This document shows positions 63,919 through 64,000 of a DNA stretch of 64,000 nucleotides, piece after piece. The first letter of the stretch is position 1, and the number at the start of each line of letters is the position of its first letter. The translations under genes and the position numbers were made by a program. The stretch covers positions 10,439-74,438 of the forward strand of contig JBBQXQ010000001.1 of NCBI GenBank assembly GCA_038209515.1. Reading direction: 5' to 3'. Source of the stretch: Gemmatimonadales bacterium (GTDB taxonomy: Bacteria; Gemmatimonadota; Gemmatimonadetes; Gemmatimonadales; GWC2-71-9). The notes below the pieces were generated by a model. The model was not told where the DNA came from and did not search any database. It saw only the letters and a list, made by a program, of their open reading frames with translations.

Positions 63919-64000
63919 ATGTCGCTGACCTACGACGAGGCACTCGACTTCCTTTTTCCCCGCACGACCACCATCAAGTTCGGGCTGGCCAACACCCGCG
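63919..64000 (+). CDS. Start of a folylpolyglutamate synthase-like gene (3' end outside window)
   Basis: MSLTYDEALDFLFPRTTTIKFGLANTR resembles FolC N-termini. accD-folC adjacency is common. Only 27 codons are visible. Confidence 0.4.
   Translation, partial: MSLTYDEALDFLFPRTTTIKFGLANTR

Overview
This is a high-GC bacterial chromosomal segment that is almost entirely coding. Spot counts on 60-nt lines give about 70% G+C in housekeeping genes. All family names below come from motif-level recognition by eye, because no searches could be run.

Two long co-directional (+ strand) housekeeping blocks flank a variable middle.
- Block 1 (1-8.7 kb): rny-folD-xseA-xseB-ispA-dxs-nadK-recN.
- Block 2 (29.8-64 kb): tyrA-aroA, cmk, rpsA, acyl-CoA carboxylase genes, rplM-rpsI, rpsB-tsf-pyrH-frr-uppS-cdsA-dxr-rseP, rpsO-pnp, an M16 peptidase, ald, dut, mreB-mreC-mreD-mrdA-rodA, accD and the start of a folC-like gene.
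- Middle (8.7-29.7 kb): a mixed-orientation block of mostly small or poorly characterised genes. It holds a beta-barrel OMP candidate, galK, tRNA-Leu(UAA), a membrane HExxH protein, DUF488, YciI-like, a hydrolase, a Cys/His-rich miniprotein, a lipoprotein, a cupin, Dps, two DinB-like genes, a TIGR00725/SLOG-like gene, a NagB-LmbE fusion, GNAT, DUF2214, DUF4230, tandem small paralogs, MgtC, GlgX and an orphan receiver.

The clearest accessory element is a roughly 2.4 kb low-GC insertion in the cmk-rpsA spacer (33163-35566).
- It is bounded by a perfect 12-nt direct repeat and imperfect terminal inverted repeats.
- It carries a single-ORF IS1-type transposase plus a tightly coupled four-gene passenger cassette (DUF3467-like, HicB-like, HicA-like and a basic tail protein).
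- This cassette is my best candidate for an undescribed mobile addiction or defence-type module.

Other structures worth a look:
- a palindromic array of GTTCAC-type heptamers between the M16 peptidase and ald;
- a nested purine/pyrimidine inverted repeat after rpsA;
- tandem MWY-motif miniprotein paralogs and a 58-aa sORF below the ORF-track cutoff;
- an RNA methyltransferase gene nested by overlapping codons inside the carboxylase operon;
- several leader or terminator hairpins.

I saw no rRNA, CRISPR array, prophage, integrase or recognised defence genes. Many long ORFs in the supplied track are antisense or out-of-frame shadows typical of high-GC DNA, and I rejected them. The gene content (RNase Y, long NagB-LmbE, weak Shine-Dalgarno usage) would fit a Gemmatimonadota-like lineage, but that is only inference.
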